Positions 1 through 13,529 are shown, counted from the stretch's first letter. The stretch is 64,000 nucleotides of DNA from Octopus vulgaris (GCA_951406725.2 OX597814.1:225122001-225186000), one strand, 5' to 3'. Numbers and translations: made by a program. Notes: a model not told the origin generated them from the letters alone.

Positions 1-148
1 TTCTGAGTTCAAATTCTGCTGAGGTTGATTCTTGTTTTTTATCCTTTGGGGATCGATATAATGAGTGCCAGTCGAGCACCTGAATCGATGTAATCGATTT
101 ACCCATCCCCTGACATTGCTGGTTTTATACCAAAATGTGAGACCAAAA
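1..148 (+). mobile_element. tRNA-derived SINE (Deu/Nin-like central domain), 5'-truncated by the window edge
   Basis: Diverged match to the family seen at 30105: TTCTGAGTTCAAATT...ATCCTTTGGGGATCGAT...GATGTAATCGA. Confidence 0.75.
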
Positions 149-1352
149 TTTCTCCTCTTTTTTTTCACTGCCACAGTTAATTTTCCTGCAATTACAGTAG
201 CACCATCATAGGTTGGTGCAATTAATTTATTTCCAAACTTACACAATTCAATACATTTTAAAGACATATTCAGATAAAAGTATTTGCTGAACGGTCTACA
301 TTAACATCATTAACACCGATATATGGTTCTTTCGCAACGGAAGCATTCGCAACATAACGTAAAACAGTCGACTGTTGCAAATAGTTCGATATATCGGATA
401 CTTCATTTACAAAGAATAGCGACAAATTTAGCTTAATTAAGTTCATTTTTTTTTTTTAGTTCATTCAACATTAAATCATGCATTGATCAAGTCATTCTGA
501 ATTCTTTTCGAGAGACCTGAGAAAGAGGAAACTGTAGGTATATGGCCTGTCACTTTTACACCAACTGATTAAATATAATTTTCTATCTTTTTTCTTTTGC
601 TTTGCTTTTTTTATGATTCTCGCGATTATTGGATGCTTCAGATACAAAATTATCACAAAGTGGATAATTCTTGGCGATCTAAAGAAGTAGCTGCATCGAT
701 CAATCTCCATAGAGTAACTCTGTTATAACTTTATTATGCTACCGTATGTTGTCTTTTATTTGTACTAGTTGTAAGTCTGCGAACATTTCCAAATATTTTA
801 AGATTGACGATATATTTCATATATCTTTGAAAATGTTCAATGTTTTAGCATGGACCATACATAGATTACGTTAAATATCATAATCTTTCTCATTGCAAAT
901 AATTATTTCTAAATTAAATAACAAGCATCGCCTGCAAAATAATTTAAATGTTTTCTTTTATATGAAATTAACTTGAAAACGTTTCATACATTTCTATTCG
1001 GAACTTTAGAAATTTGTTAATTTCTCTACTAATATATATATATTTCCCCTTCAAAGTAATTTTAAAAAAAACTGTTTTTCAAACTTTCCTTCATGACACA
1101 CGTTTCAGTCTTTTAGACCGAAATGCAGTAACGTAATGAAGTTAAACAAAAGAAAGTTCCAAAGACATTTAAGATCAAATATAATCGGCGATGTTTTGAT
1201 GTGCCTCCGCATGTGTGTGTATGTATGTATCTGTTTAAATGTGTACCCTTTCTGTGAATTGAAAAAAGTACCCTAACATTAAGTTTGAATAACGAATGAC
1301 AATCAAAAATACTGATTTTTGTTGGTGTTCTACCTTCACACTTGCATCAATC

Positions 1353-1418
<66 letters not shown>
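1353..1418. repeat. (TTA)n microsatellite
   Basis: Perfect trinucleotide run. Confidence 0.98.
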
Positions 1419-1419
<1 letters not shown>

Positions 1420-1790
1420 TGTCTTTATCGCGGGTTTTATTGGAGCTCCTGGAGTCTTTCATGCGATGCAGGCTGGACGTTATCTAGCGTCCATCCCATC
1501 TAAAGTCAGGAACAGGAACTGCAATAGCTTAGGGTTCAAAGGTCCACAACTCTTCAATGCTCCGCCCCTGCAAAAAAAAAAAAAGAAGAAACTTACACGA
1601 TGTAGATATGGATGTTTTCAAAAAGGAACTGAACACTCTCCTATTCACGATAGCAGACGTAAAACATCTCAGCCAGAAGTGCAGATGAGGGAGTGTCAGA
1701 CTCCCTCATATACCGAATAAACCATCAATCAGTGTAAAAGCAGATGCAGGAATGGTGAAGAAATCGGCCAAATAAGAAAGCTATGGAAAA
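1420..1790 (+). mobile_element. CR1/L2-type LINE 3' fragment, decayed
   Basis: Peptide NSLGFKGPQLFN..., then frameshifted DVFKKELNTLL, resembles the C-terminus of the LINE at 51151 (NFISSTGPALFN...NFKRSLDRFL). Confidence 0.6.
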
Positions 1791-1859
1791 GGTACAAAAT
1801 CACTTTAATGATCCAGCATGGTCGCACCTGCAGATCTGAAATACATTAAAAGAAGAAAT

Positions 1860-2240
<381 letters not shown>

Positions 2241-2392
2241 AAACGCAGAAATTTAGTTACATATACATAGTAATATATCTATATTTCTGAATATGTACAT
2301 ACATTTATACATATATATATGTATGTATGTATTTATGTATGTATTATGTATGTATCTATGCATGCATGCATGTATGTATGTATGTATGTATG

Positions 2393-2423
<31 letters not shown>

Positions 2424-3749
2424 GCATATGCAGAGATATGAAGTGAGAGGGGGTGAGAGATGTTAAGAAGTAGGAATTAGATAAATAGATATAAATGTTT
2501 ATATGGATGCGTGTAAGTGGTTAGTCAATAAGTATTCAATACATTTGTCTATTGTTGCTAGAAGGTAAAGATTATGGTTAGATGTTTGGAGCAAATTAAA
2601 GAGCCAGGTTTGAAATGACGAGTGTCGTGATTGCGTGGAAAAACTCAAGGCATTAAACTCTGTACAGCAATAATGACACCAGCAACAATTTGACGTCATC
2701 CAACAAGAAATAAATCAATTGTGTGTTAGTTAATAATATGTTGGCATGCAATCCCATTTGTCATGTTAACGTTTGGACGTTTTCCGAAACGCTCCGTTAT
2801 TTCCATAGTATGTTCCTTAACGCATCATAAACTAATCGATAATGTTAAACATGGAAAAATAGAAGTCAACATCAAAGTGTAAATTTGAAGCACGTCTCCA
2901 TCCATATCATTGGTTCTCACAATGGGTACTATATCTCCAATGCTGTCAGAGGCTGCTGATAGCTATTAAGTGGTCATTACATGCGATGCCAAACCGTAAG
3001 TTAATGGTAGGTTTGTTCCTGCCACACCTTTTAAAACCTATGTTTGTTAATATTTTGTAGTATTACGTGATCCGCGATTCTTGATAACGATATAAGGTAA
3101 AAACTATTGTAAATGAAGTGCGGTGTAAAATGGAGTGATTTGGAAAAGTTTCAGAATCGCTGCTCCACACAGCAATGGGTTAACTGCAAATATTTACCAA
3201 ACGTGGGTTCCTAAAGGGCTTCAAATTTGGTACTTTCATTTCTAGCCTCAAGTATCTAACAATTCAGTGTAAACATGTTATTCTAAAAAAGACCCGGATC
3301 ATACGAACGAAGGAAGAAACTGGTAAGGAATAGTTCAACATGAAGAAAACAGCAGCCTTCCACAAATCATGATCTCCTCTTTTAAATAACGAAATACACA
3401 TTGCAGAAGATAGGCAATCATATACATGCAGGGGCTATTGTAAAAGCCGTAATGCTTTGTTCAACTGTCTGTTTAATCCAGATTGATTAGCATTAAATAA
3501 TAGGGGAGACCTACTGTATGTTATACAAGATTGTAATTTCACACCGAAATATATAAAGATCACATACTCCCAGAAATCCATAAGTTTTCCTTCAGTATAT
3601 TTTACATCAATGAAACATTTAGGTTTTTTCCTATTGACGATTTCCTAAATGTGGAAATGCCTTATCTAAACATCACAACAAATAGGTTAGGAACACACTT
3701 GGTATTCATAATGATTACTGAGATGAAAAAGGTATTTTTGACGAGATAT

Positions 3750-3945
3750 ACACATACATATACACACACCTTCACACGCATGCACACATACACATACATA
3801 CATACATACACATACATACATAAATTACATACATACATACATAAATACATACATACATACATACATACATAGATACATAGATACATACATACATACATAC
3901 ATACATACATACATACATACATACATACATACATACATACATGTA
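3750..3945. repeat. (CATA)n microsatellite
   Basis: Direct reading. Confidence 0.95.
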
Positions 3946-5287
3946 TGATTGGACGCTTGATGAGATCCGAACCATTGATGTGAAAACCCGAGAAATACTA
4001 TGAAGCACCCATAATTTCCACACAAACTGTGACGTAGACCGCCTCTACCTAAAACATAACCAAGGCGACAGAGGCTTAAAATCGATCTAAAATGCCTTCG
4101 AATGTCGTATCATATCCCTTCGGCAACATCTTTTAACCACCAAGTTTCGAAGTGCATCCCTTGACCAAGTTTGCATACATGAGGCTGCTAACATCACAAG
4201 ACTTAGAAGATAGCTTCTTGAGCAACATTCTTTGTCTGATAACCTAGAATACATGCCCAAAGAAGTCGCACGACTCTACCGCAACGTATCATCAGATGAA
4301 AGGATGAGCTTATATGAGCAGAAGACTATGCATGGATATGTTAGTAGAAAGCTTCGTGATGATAGTAACATCGATCATCAAAGCAGTTTATCATGGACCA
4401 ATAGCCGGAGTATTACCTCCCACTTTGAAGGATATACGTTTGCAATCAGGAAAGGAAATATCAACCAAGTATCTGATGCACAAACGGGACAGAGATGCAG
4501 GAAAAGCAGTGAAACGTGAAAACCGATGCAGACTTTGTCGAGTCAACGCCGAAGATATCACCCGCATCATAAGCAGTTGTCCGAAAATCTTAACATGGTA
4601 TTATCTACCGATGAGATATGATGTAGCAAGGACACTCTGTAACGAAATCCGTCAGAAGGATAACTCCAAAGACAAAGAAAAAGCAACCCACAGTAGGATA
4701 GAAGCCATAGCCACTAATAATAAAAAGGTGGAATGTCTCAGTGAGGACGTCAATAAAATGTAGGCACAACAGGCCTGATATAATGATCTGGGATAAAGAG
4801 AAACTGTGCACAGTTATGAAAATTAGCTGACCAGTGGATGTAAACATGCAGCAGAAGATCAGTGAAAAAGAGAACACCTACATTGAACTTTTGAGAAATT
4901 TGCAGTTGCTCTATCCAGATTACAAGTTCAGGTTTATACCTGTAATTGTTGGGGCCCTAGGATATGTAATACACTGCCTAAATACCAATCTTGAGGAATT
5001 AGACTTCTCAAAACCAGAAAGGGGAAAATCTACAGATTCAATCCATCACTAGGACTGTAAAAATCTGTAAAACTTCCCAGAAATTTGTCATTTAAATATA
5101 TATGAGCATGTCTAGATATGTCTACATACATAAAGCGAAACATACAAAGCTGTACATATAAATACATACTACCAAAAAACCCTGGTATTGATTTTGATGT
5201 TGAAATTCCATTGGAGGAGCCTTGAATCTAGGTTAGAAACCAGCTCTCTATTGGCAAGAAATCTTGAAATAAAACTGAATAATGATA
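3946..5287 (+). mobile_element. RLE-type (R4/Dong-like) non-LTR retrotransposon 3' part, frameshifted
   Basis: Broken ORFs give KTMHGY, CRLCRVNAEDITRIISSC (degenerate CCHC knuckle), NRPDIMIWD (PD motif of the RLE endonuclease) and IPVIVGALG. The 3' end reads AAATAAAACTGAATAA. Confidence 0.85.
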
Positions 5288-5300
5288 TACATTCTTGTAA

Positions 5301-5636
5301 TCTATTTCGTTTTGGGATTTGGTTTGCAAGATTCATTATATGAGCTCGTGTGTTGAAGCATATTCTGTTGTGTCTGGGGAGAGTAATTTTCTTTTTGTGC
5401 CTTATTATGTAACACACTCACCGGTAAAATTTCCACTTATTTTTATTTTCCTAAAATTTTCGTTGCATCTTGCAACCTTTTCAATAGTTTTGAGAGTCAA
5501 AACTATTGAAAAGGTTGCAAGACGCAACGAAAATTTTAGGAAAATATAAATAAGAAATAAGTGGAAATTTTTACCGGTGAGTGTGTTACATTATAAGGCA
5601 CAAAAAGAAAATGACTCTCCTCAGACACAACAGAAT
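5301..5636. mobile_element. Asymmetric hairpin element (Penelope-like inverted pseudo-LTR remnant) with 10-bp TSD
   Basis: Arms ~5361-5492 and ~5497-5637, unpaired tail 5301-5360. ATTCTTGTAA is duplicated at 5291-5300 and 5637-5646. A hammerhead fold lies in both arms. Confidence 0.8.
5503..5539 (+). ncRNA. Minimal type I hammerhead ribozyme-like motif, U3-A8 core (mirror copy 5451-5487 on -)
   Basis: CTA-TTGAAAA-G-GTTGC[AAGAC]GCAAC-GAAA-AT-T-T-TAG. Stem I is only 3 bp. Confidence 0.55.
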
Positions 5637-5883
5637 ATTCTTGTAAGCTGCAATCAAAAAAGGACTGAAACGTGTAAAAGAACAAAGGACTTAAAGAGTA
5701 AGAAAAATGTACATATAGATGAGTGTGTATGCATGTATGTGTGAGCGGGATGATTATTCTTTTCGGTATGTAAAAATGATTTTGCTACAAGATTCCCTTC
5801 AACTGCAACAGGCAAGTCGCAATAGATCCCTTTTTTAAGTATGTGTACTAGGGAACAACATAATCTATAATATTAAATGTATA

Positions 5884-6100
5884 AGGCGGCGAACAGGCAA
5901 AACCATTACGATGCCGGGCGAAATGCATAGCGGTATTTCGTTCGTCTTTACGTTCTGAGATCAAATTCCGCCTAGGTCAACTTTGCCTTTCAGCCTTTCG
6001 AGATTGATAAAATAAGTACCAGTTGCAAACTAAGGTCGATGTAATCGACTTACACAAACTCTCGAGCTTGTTGGCCTTATGTCAGGACTTGAAACCATTA
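5884..6100 (+). mobile_element. tRNA-derived SINE (Deu/Nin-like domain)
   Basis: GGCGGCGAAC...TTCTGAGATCAAATTCCG...GCCTTTCAGCCTTTCGAGATTGATAAAATAAGTACCAG. Confidence 0.85.
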
Positions 6101-7118
6101 TTAGGTATTAATACAAACACCTAAGTAACGTTACTCCAAAAATGACTCTTTTTTGTTCTTGGGCAGTAAATATTATCTACTAATTGTTTGAGAACACGGC
6201 TAATGTTTCCCTCACACTTTGCTTAGGTAACCTGATATCGTTATACTGAAAGTTTTCCATCTCCTCTGAAAAAACGGGCGAATTTATACATTTTCTTTGC
6301 CATAGGATCGCAAAAAAGAAAATCAAATGAATCCAATTTAACACGTATTTATGTACAGGTTATGGAAAAGAGAACTGAAGTTCACAAAATGAATATTTTT
6401 CAAGATTTACCTGACAACCCAGGTATTTGAGTTGAGAGCCCAGTGAACATCCAGCTTGAACTATTTGGTATTATTGAAAGAAATGTCTGAATTATACATC
6501 AAGTGTGGCTTCACATTCAAAACTCTTGAAGCATTGGCGGAGAAAAGTAAATTTAGTCTATCCCGTATTGGTTTATATCCACACAATCTGGTTTTTACCT
6601 GTCAGGTGATGTAGGTTCACTTATAAAGCTTTCAAAACAAAAACAGAACAACAATAGAGTCTCACTGCAATTTATGTTCGGCATAATAATGAAATATCAT
6701 TCTTCAAAAACTCGCAAAATTCGCGAGTTTTTTTCCTACAGCAACTTTATCTGAGTTGGCAGCTATGCAATATCTCACAGCTTTGGGAATAACCAAACGT
6801 ATTCTGCTTCAATATCAGCGCCGGTAACTGGTGCATCTTTCTCAAGCTGTTCGTAATGTACCTTAGCATTTTTCTTTTAATTAATAAATACTTTACTCAC
6901 CGAATCACTTAGGTTTTCTTTTCTTTTCTCTTTCGGATATACAGTTGTGAATGATTCTTCAGCTCACTGCTTTGTGATGTATGAGTGTTAACTTGCATCA
7001 TAGACCTTTAGCGAGTCATTTTCTTCTTTTTAAATGGTACAGATTGTAGATTTGTTCAAACCATACAATAACATTATATAAATTAACGCTACTTCTATAG
7101 AAATTAAATATATATATT

Positions 7119-7428
7119 ACGGAGATGTACTTGCATAGCGAGTGACTTGATCTGAGATCGTGTGCTGGAACCAAAACAATTGCAGCGTGGAAGGTGTTTA
7201 TAAGCCATTTAAGAAACACACAAAAACCGTTAGATTCACTTCAACATTTAAATTTAATTTGTCAAAATATTTTCGTCGCGGTCTCAAAGCGGCACGAAGT
7301 TTTGTCAGTGAACAGGTCGCAGTCTCAAAGTGACGAAAATATTTTGACAAATTAAATTTAAATGTTGAAGTGAATCTAACGGTTTTTGTGTGTTTCTTAA
7401 ATGGCTTATAAACACCTTCCACGCTGCA

Positions 7429-7433
<5 letters not shown>
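7119..7433. mobile_element. Asymmetric hairpin element (Penelope-like remnant) at a TA repeat
   Basis: Near-perfect arms 7176-7277 and 7332-7433. Left tail has TCGTGTGCTG, a motif shared with the 5.3 kb and 15.1 kb elements. A hammerhead fold spans the loop and right arm. Confidence 0.8.
7301..7351 (+). ncRNA. Minimal type I hammerhead ribozyme-like motif, G3-C8 core
   Basis: TTTGTCA-GTGAACA-G-GTCGC[AGTCTCAAA]GTGAC-GAAA-ATAT-T-T-TGACAAA. Stem I is 7 bp and loop III is palindromic. Confidence 0.7.
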
Positions 7434-7479
<46 letters not shown>

Positions 7480-7928
7480 AGTGGTGGTATACTCTCAACT
7501 TAACGTGACAGTCCCATGAAAGGGAATAATATAACTGCTATTTAGCCCTAGGAAGCAGCACCGGTTCCTGTCGGCCTTGACACATTTACTGTGTGTCCTT
7601 ATGTTTACAAAGGGAGAGATAAGCACCTCCATCCAGCTATCCCTTTTGGGGGATAATGAGCATCCAGAGACTAGCCCCTGAGTCATTGCTCGTCATCTGT
7701 CTGAAGTAGTCTCTGGAGGCTGGCTTAGCTGGGTGGAGGTGCTTATCTCTCCCCCTTTTTAAACATAAGGGCACAGGAAATGTGTCAAGGCCGACAGGAA
7801 GCGGTACTGCTTCCTAGGGCTAAATAGCAATAGTATTACTCCTTTTCATGGGACTGTCACATTAAGTTAACAGTGTACTACCACTCTATCGTGTTACTAC
7901 TGTATAAATCTATCTGAAAGATTTAGAA
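7480..7928. mobile_element. Asymmetric hairpin element, second family
   Basis: Arms 7480-7639 and 7726-7885, tail 7886-~7928. The tail and arm resemble the unpaired copy at 14095-14235. Confidence 0.7.
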
Positions 7929-7935
7929 ATGTATG

Positions 7936-7990
<55 letters not shown>

Positions 7991-8305
7991 TATATATACA
8001 TGCACACATTTTTGCAGCAATGTTCATATGTTCATTTGTGCTCGACTTTGCTTTCAGTATGATGATACTGCAAATTCGAAAGAGCAAGGGAACACGTGTG
8101 CTGGACTACTTTGCTTTTGTATCCAACAGCTGAATTTATTTTCTTTTGATCTAACAAATACCTCATGTGGTTGCTTTATTTGGGGTTTTTTTCTGAGTGT
8201 GACGTACCGTTAAAACAACTGTGCGACTTTAAATCTTTCGTGCGTCCATATACAAACATAGCACACAAAACGTGTGCTTGTGTGACTTGGGAGCTATATA
8301 TATTT

Positions 8306-8590
8306 AACGTATAAGTAAGGGCTAAAGAAAATTATTTCAATGCCAATATGCTGATAACAGACTATTAAATCGTCAATTTCCACATATTATTTACTCGCTA
8401 GAGAAAATAATAATATGTAAATAATATGTAGAAATTTACGATTTAATAGTCTGTTATCAGCATATTAGCACTGAAATAATTTTCTTTAGCCCTTACTTAT
8501 AAGTTGTTTATAATTTTAACCGTAAAAGTATTTTAATATGCTGCCACATTTCTTGATGGAATTTTTTTTCTGTAGAAAAAAAAACTTCAT
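8306..8590. mobile_element. Asymmetric hairpin element beside a TA repeat
   Basis: Arms 8306-8394 and 8417-8505 with a right-hand tail. Shares ACGATTTAATAG with the 61.7 kb hairpin. Confidence 0.65.
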
Positions 8591-8604
8591 CCTATATTAG
8601 TAGT

Positions 8605-8967
<363 letters not shown>

Positions 8968-9499
8968 GTAGTCTAATCAAAACGTATGGCGAATATTGCT
9001 ATAAAAAAAACCATATCGATTCGCCATTTCAGCACCTTCGAGCTAGCCCCCACCACCACCACCTTCTGAAGCCACACAAGTTATCCAGCGCTGTTTCCAT
9101 TGATGGAAAGAATCCTTGAACACCTTTTCTGGGATAATGAGCAGCTTCCTTGTCGCATTCTCTTGGATTTCTTCGAAGTCTTAAAGTCTTGTACTTTACA
9201 AATGGGATTTGATTTTTTGGAATAGATTCTTGGCCGTAATAAACTTCAAGCCGTATCCCTTTCCATGCACACACGCACGCACACAAACACATTTTCTCTG
9301 CTATCGTCATTGATGGAACCTCTGTGGCAATCACACTTTACGCACTTTACTTCCAAGCACTGCTATAAACAGCAGAAGTGAGCGAGAACCTTATAACTTT
9401 GTGAGCATGCGCGACAGAGTTCGCAGTCAATGTGTGCTAAGTACCTTCCCTCTACGTACTTTAGCTCCGTTACCATAGCAACTTATTCATTAGACATCG

Positions 9500-9550
<51 letters not shown>

Positions 9551-9552
<2 letters not shown>

Positions 9553-10996
9553 GAAAGAAGGTTTGAAAATGCAATTTAAAAGACGTTTATTTACTTAACC
9601 GGTTTCACTCTTTGGAAAAAGATTGTCAAAAGTAACATAGAATATTATGAGTTCAAAAAAGTTTTTTACATAATTGCCACATTGAATATTATGAATTCAA
9701 AAGAGTTTTTTTTACATAATTGCCACATTACATGTATATATATAGTCTTTGGTAACAGGGACATGTTAAGGGCATAAAGAAGTTCAACAGTGTGATGAGA
9801 ATATTTGAAAAAAAGGGGCAGAAAAGAATAAGACAAATATATTATTGGAAGTTTTGGTTGCGTTAATTATTGGTTGTTGCAAATTGTCACATTACATGTA
9901 TATATACAGTCTTTGGTAAAAAGGACATAGTACAACAGTATGGTGAGAATATTTGAAAACTTGGCAGAAAAAATTATTAAAATGAATATATTATACGCTC
10001 GGGCGGACACGCATATATATACACACCATCCTACCCCAAAAAATTCTTTAAACAACACACATCTATTTTCACCACCCTGAAACCATTCAAAAACAGCCCC
10101 CCCACACACGCAGACGCTTGTATACGTGTGTGTGCACGCACACTCACACCAGCCTCACCTCCATACAGGCACATATATACACACACACAGCACCATGTCA
10201 GATGCCATCCACACTCATGCATGCATACCCACGCACGCACGCGCACACACAACACCATGACAACCACACACACTTGACAAACAGACGCCATCTGACCAAA
10301 TACTACAGGCACACAGACACATCTATTCACGCACACGCAGAGAGGCACACATACTCACCTCATGCTAACCCCAAAATCATTGATGCTTGAAGGAAAGCCA
10401 TAAACAGAAAAAAACGGGTACATTTTTCTCAATTCAACATTTCTGCTAAAACGGACAGGTCAGTAAACAAACTCGCCTTGAATTCATAATATTCTGTACT
10501 GACCCTGAGATGTATAATATATTCATTTTAATAATTTTTTCTGCCAATTTTTCAAATATTCTCACCATACTGTTGTACTATGTCCTTTTTACCAAAGACT
10601 GTATATATACATGTAATGTGACAATTTGCAACAACCAATAATTAACGCAACCAAAACTTCCAATAATATATTTGTTTTATTCTTTTCTGCCCCTTTTTTT
10701 CAAATATTCTCATCACACTGTTGAACTTCTTTATGTCCTTAACATGTCCCTGTTACCAAAGACTATATATATACATGTAATGTGGCAATTATGTAAAAAA
10801 ACTTTTTTGAATTCATAATATTCAATGTGGCAATTATGTAAAAAACTTTTTTTGAATTCATAATATTCTATGTTACTTTTGACAATCTTTTTCCAAAGAG
10901 TGAAACCGGTTAAGTAAATAAACATCTTTTAAATTGCATTTTCAAACCTTCTTTCGTATATAGTTCCACTCGTGCGATACCCACAACTCAACTTTG

Positions 10997-10998
<2 letters not shown>
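9551..10998. mobile_element. Large asymmetric inverted-repeat element (Penelope-like) inserted in (TA)n
   Basis: Arms of ~445 bp at 9551-9996 and 10512-10957, highly similar. Tail 10958-10998, (TA)n on both sides, hammerhead fold in each arm. Confidence 0.85.
10873..10917 (+). ncRNA. Minimal type I hammerhead ribozyme-like motif, U3-A8 core (mirror copy 9591-9635 on -)
   Basis: TTACTT-TTGACAA-TCTTT[TTCC]AAAGA-GT-GAAA-CCGG-T-T-AAGTAA. Stem I is 6 bp and loop III is the palindrome CCGG. Confidence 0.7.
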
Positions 10999-11069
<71 letters not shown>

Positions 11070-11148
11070 TAGGGAATAAATCCAATCTTACAGGGAAAAA
11101 TCAGATTTAGGATTAAATCCAATTTTATAGTATGAATATATTATATTA

Positions 11149-12627
11149 CTAGCAGTATCGCCCGGCGTTGCTCGGGTTTGTAAGGGAAATAACTATATAA
11201 GCATTTTTAGAGAGTTATAGCCAAAACATAGGAAAAAAATGCATTAAAAAGTTGAAAAAAAATTAAGGTAAATTTCTTTTTAAATCGTTGACACATCGAT
11301 TTTTTTAGAGAGTTACTTCCCTTATATAATAGCGAAAAAAATGCATTAAAATGGAAAAATATGATGGTAAATTTTTTTAAATCGTAGACTCATCGTAGAC
11401 GCGCGCTAATACCCAGAAGGGCTCGATATGAATCACGACTATAAGATACCCGGTTTTGGTTACACTGCACCGCAAAATGTGGGAGTAGTTAGGAATCTAA
11501 ATCGTAGGAGACAGACACACAACTTCACTCTTATATATAAAGATATAAGTCACGTAGTTATATACACATACTTTGTTATATACACATTCTTAAAAGAAAA
11601 TGTTATTTTGAATACAACATTTATAAAGAATAAAATATTTTTTGGTTTTTCTTAACCCTTTCGTTACTATATTTCTGACCAAAATACACCCCTTATGTGT
11701 TTCAATTAATTTCTAACAATCATAAATTTAGTCTGGTTTCATTAAACAACAATAACTTTTTTATTTATCAATATATTAATGTGATTTTGGAAGATAATTT
11801 AATGAAATGTCCTCAACCAATTCTATACTATAATTTTTGTCACAAAGTGACTCTAATTGCAGGTAGATACAGGTAAATTCAACAATATATAAAATTATTA
11901 AAATTTTGTTCAAACATCGCTATAGAAAATGGGTTATTAGCTAATATTCAATTGGGTATACAACAAAATTTTACGATATAATTTGTTATTCTGGGTAACT
12001 TTCTGATACCCATAATAATATTTATGGCAAAATAGTCTTAATTTCATTTAAGGTTGTGGGAAATAACAAACTATCCTTTCTTTCGTTTTGTTTACGTTTA
12101 ACGTAACGGTTCGTTTCTGCCGTAATGATTTCAAATAGGCTCATTCGAAAAAGTAAATAGAAATAGTTTAAGGCTTTACTCTTCTGGGAAAGTCTGTGGC
12201 TTGGTGCAGTTTCTTCAGAAAAATCACCGAAAGAAACAGTTTTTAAATTTTCACTCCATTCAGGTACCAATTCGTTTTCTTTATCACTGTCGGATTCACT
12301 GTTTTCACTTTAATAGCTGCAAACTTGCAAAGACAAAGGAGGAGAAGGGTGATAGCGTCAGTGAAACAGTTCGCTCCCTTTGTGTGTGTGTGCGTTTGCG
12401 TGTGGTGTAAACCACATTAAGAAAAGCATTTGACATACACACCAGAATGTGAGTTTTCTGTAAATTTTGCTTAATTGGAGTTTAAATTTTAAAAACTGGA
12501 CCTGGCATGACCCGATGCATTCTACTCTTAAAAATGCTAGGTAAATTGTAATTGAAGAAATCCTATATTGTAGATTTCTATAACTGACAAAGGGAGGCAG
12601 ATAAAATCTGCCTTTTATAATAAGAGA
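11149..12627 (-). mobile_element. Composite non-autonomous Helitron
   Basis: On the - strand the 3' end is hairpin CCCGAGCAACGCCGGG ~8 nt before CTAG|T (11149). There are two A|TC 5' ends, at 11543 (TCTTTATATATAAGAG) and 12627 (TCTCTTATTATAAAAG). No TSD; inserted at an AT site. Confidence 0.8.
11656..12330 (-). mobile_element. piggyBac-derived fragment (one end plus N-terminal transposase relic)
   Basis: TTAA|CCCTTT terminus at 11652-11661. ORF 12022-12270 (YFYLLF...IITAETNRY...PTTLNEIK) resembles piggyBac/PGBD transposase N-terminal motifs. Confidence 0.7.
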
Positions 12628-13529
12628 TATTAAATTAGAGATAAAACCACTATTAGGCAAATCAAACAATGAAAAACATAAGCCAATACATAAAATTAAT
12701 TTAATTTATATTATTTTAAATATATATCAAAAGTATTAAAAGTTTAATAAAAGATAAAGAGTAAAACACCACGATCGTTTCATGGCTGTACAATTCGAAT
12801 AACAATAATTTAAATTCAATTAATAATTCGAGTTATGATTACAGTCAATCTTCAAGTTAATTGAAATATCTAAAAAATAATCAGAAATATTTAAACAATA
12901 TTTTTAAATATAAAAATATAATAATTTTACTTATAATAAACTCTATTATCAAACTAGAAACATAAAACTTAACAATTATGATTATATCAAAATCGACTAT
13001 AATGTTAAATATTAATTTTAATTTATAAGGTAGGAAACCCACCAATAATCTAATATCGGTATTAATCTATATCTAATTACATACATATTTAAAAATGACT
13101 ATTATATATAAATTATCAATGAAAATATATAAATGTATATAAATATTATAATTAAGATCTAAAATAATCTCTATAAATAATTGTATATGCACATATAATA
13201 AAAACCTAATAAATTAAGTTTTTCATATTTAAAGATGAAATAGCTAATTTCAAAATACAAATAAACAAACTTAAACGAGCTTTCGGAAATCTTATGTAAA
13301 ATACTTATAGAAATAATCAATTCGTAGTAATATAGTATCGAATAAATACTATAAATACTATAAATATAATTATCAATGGGAATAACTATCGAATATCAAT
13401 TTAAAAAAACAATAAGTTTATCTTTTAATACTTTTGATATATATTTAAACTAATATAAATTAAATTAATTTTATGTATTGGCTTATGTTTTTCATTGTTT
13501 GATTTGCCTAATAGTGGTTTTATCTCTAA

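Noticed and set aside
2480-3700. Complex non-repetitive stretches (also 480-900, 6150-7000, 15600-16450, 48900-49900) that may be old transposase or RT relics or exons
   Set aside because: There are many stops in the frames examined and no motif I could identify. A translated HMM search is needed.
7701-7725. CTGAAG followed by an AGTCTC/GAGGCT stem in the hairpin loop, as a possible hammerhead
   Set aside because: No GAAA follows stem II and there is no stem I partner.
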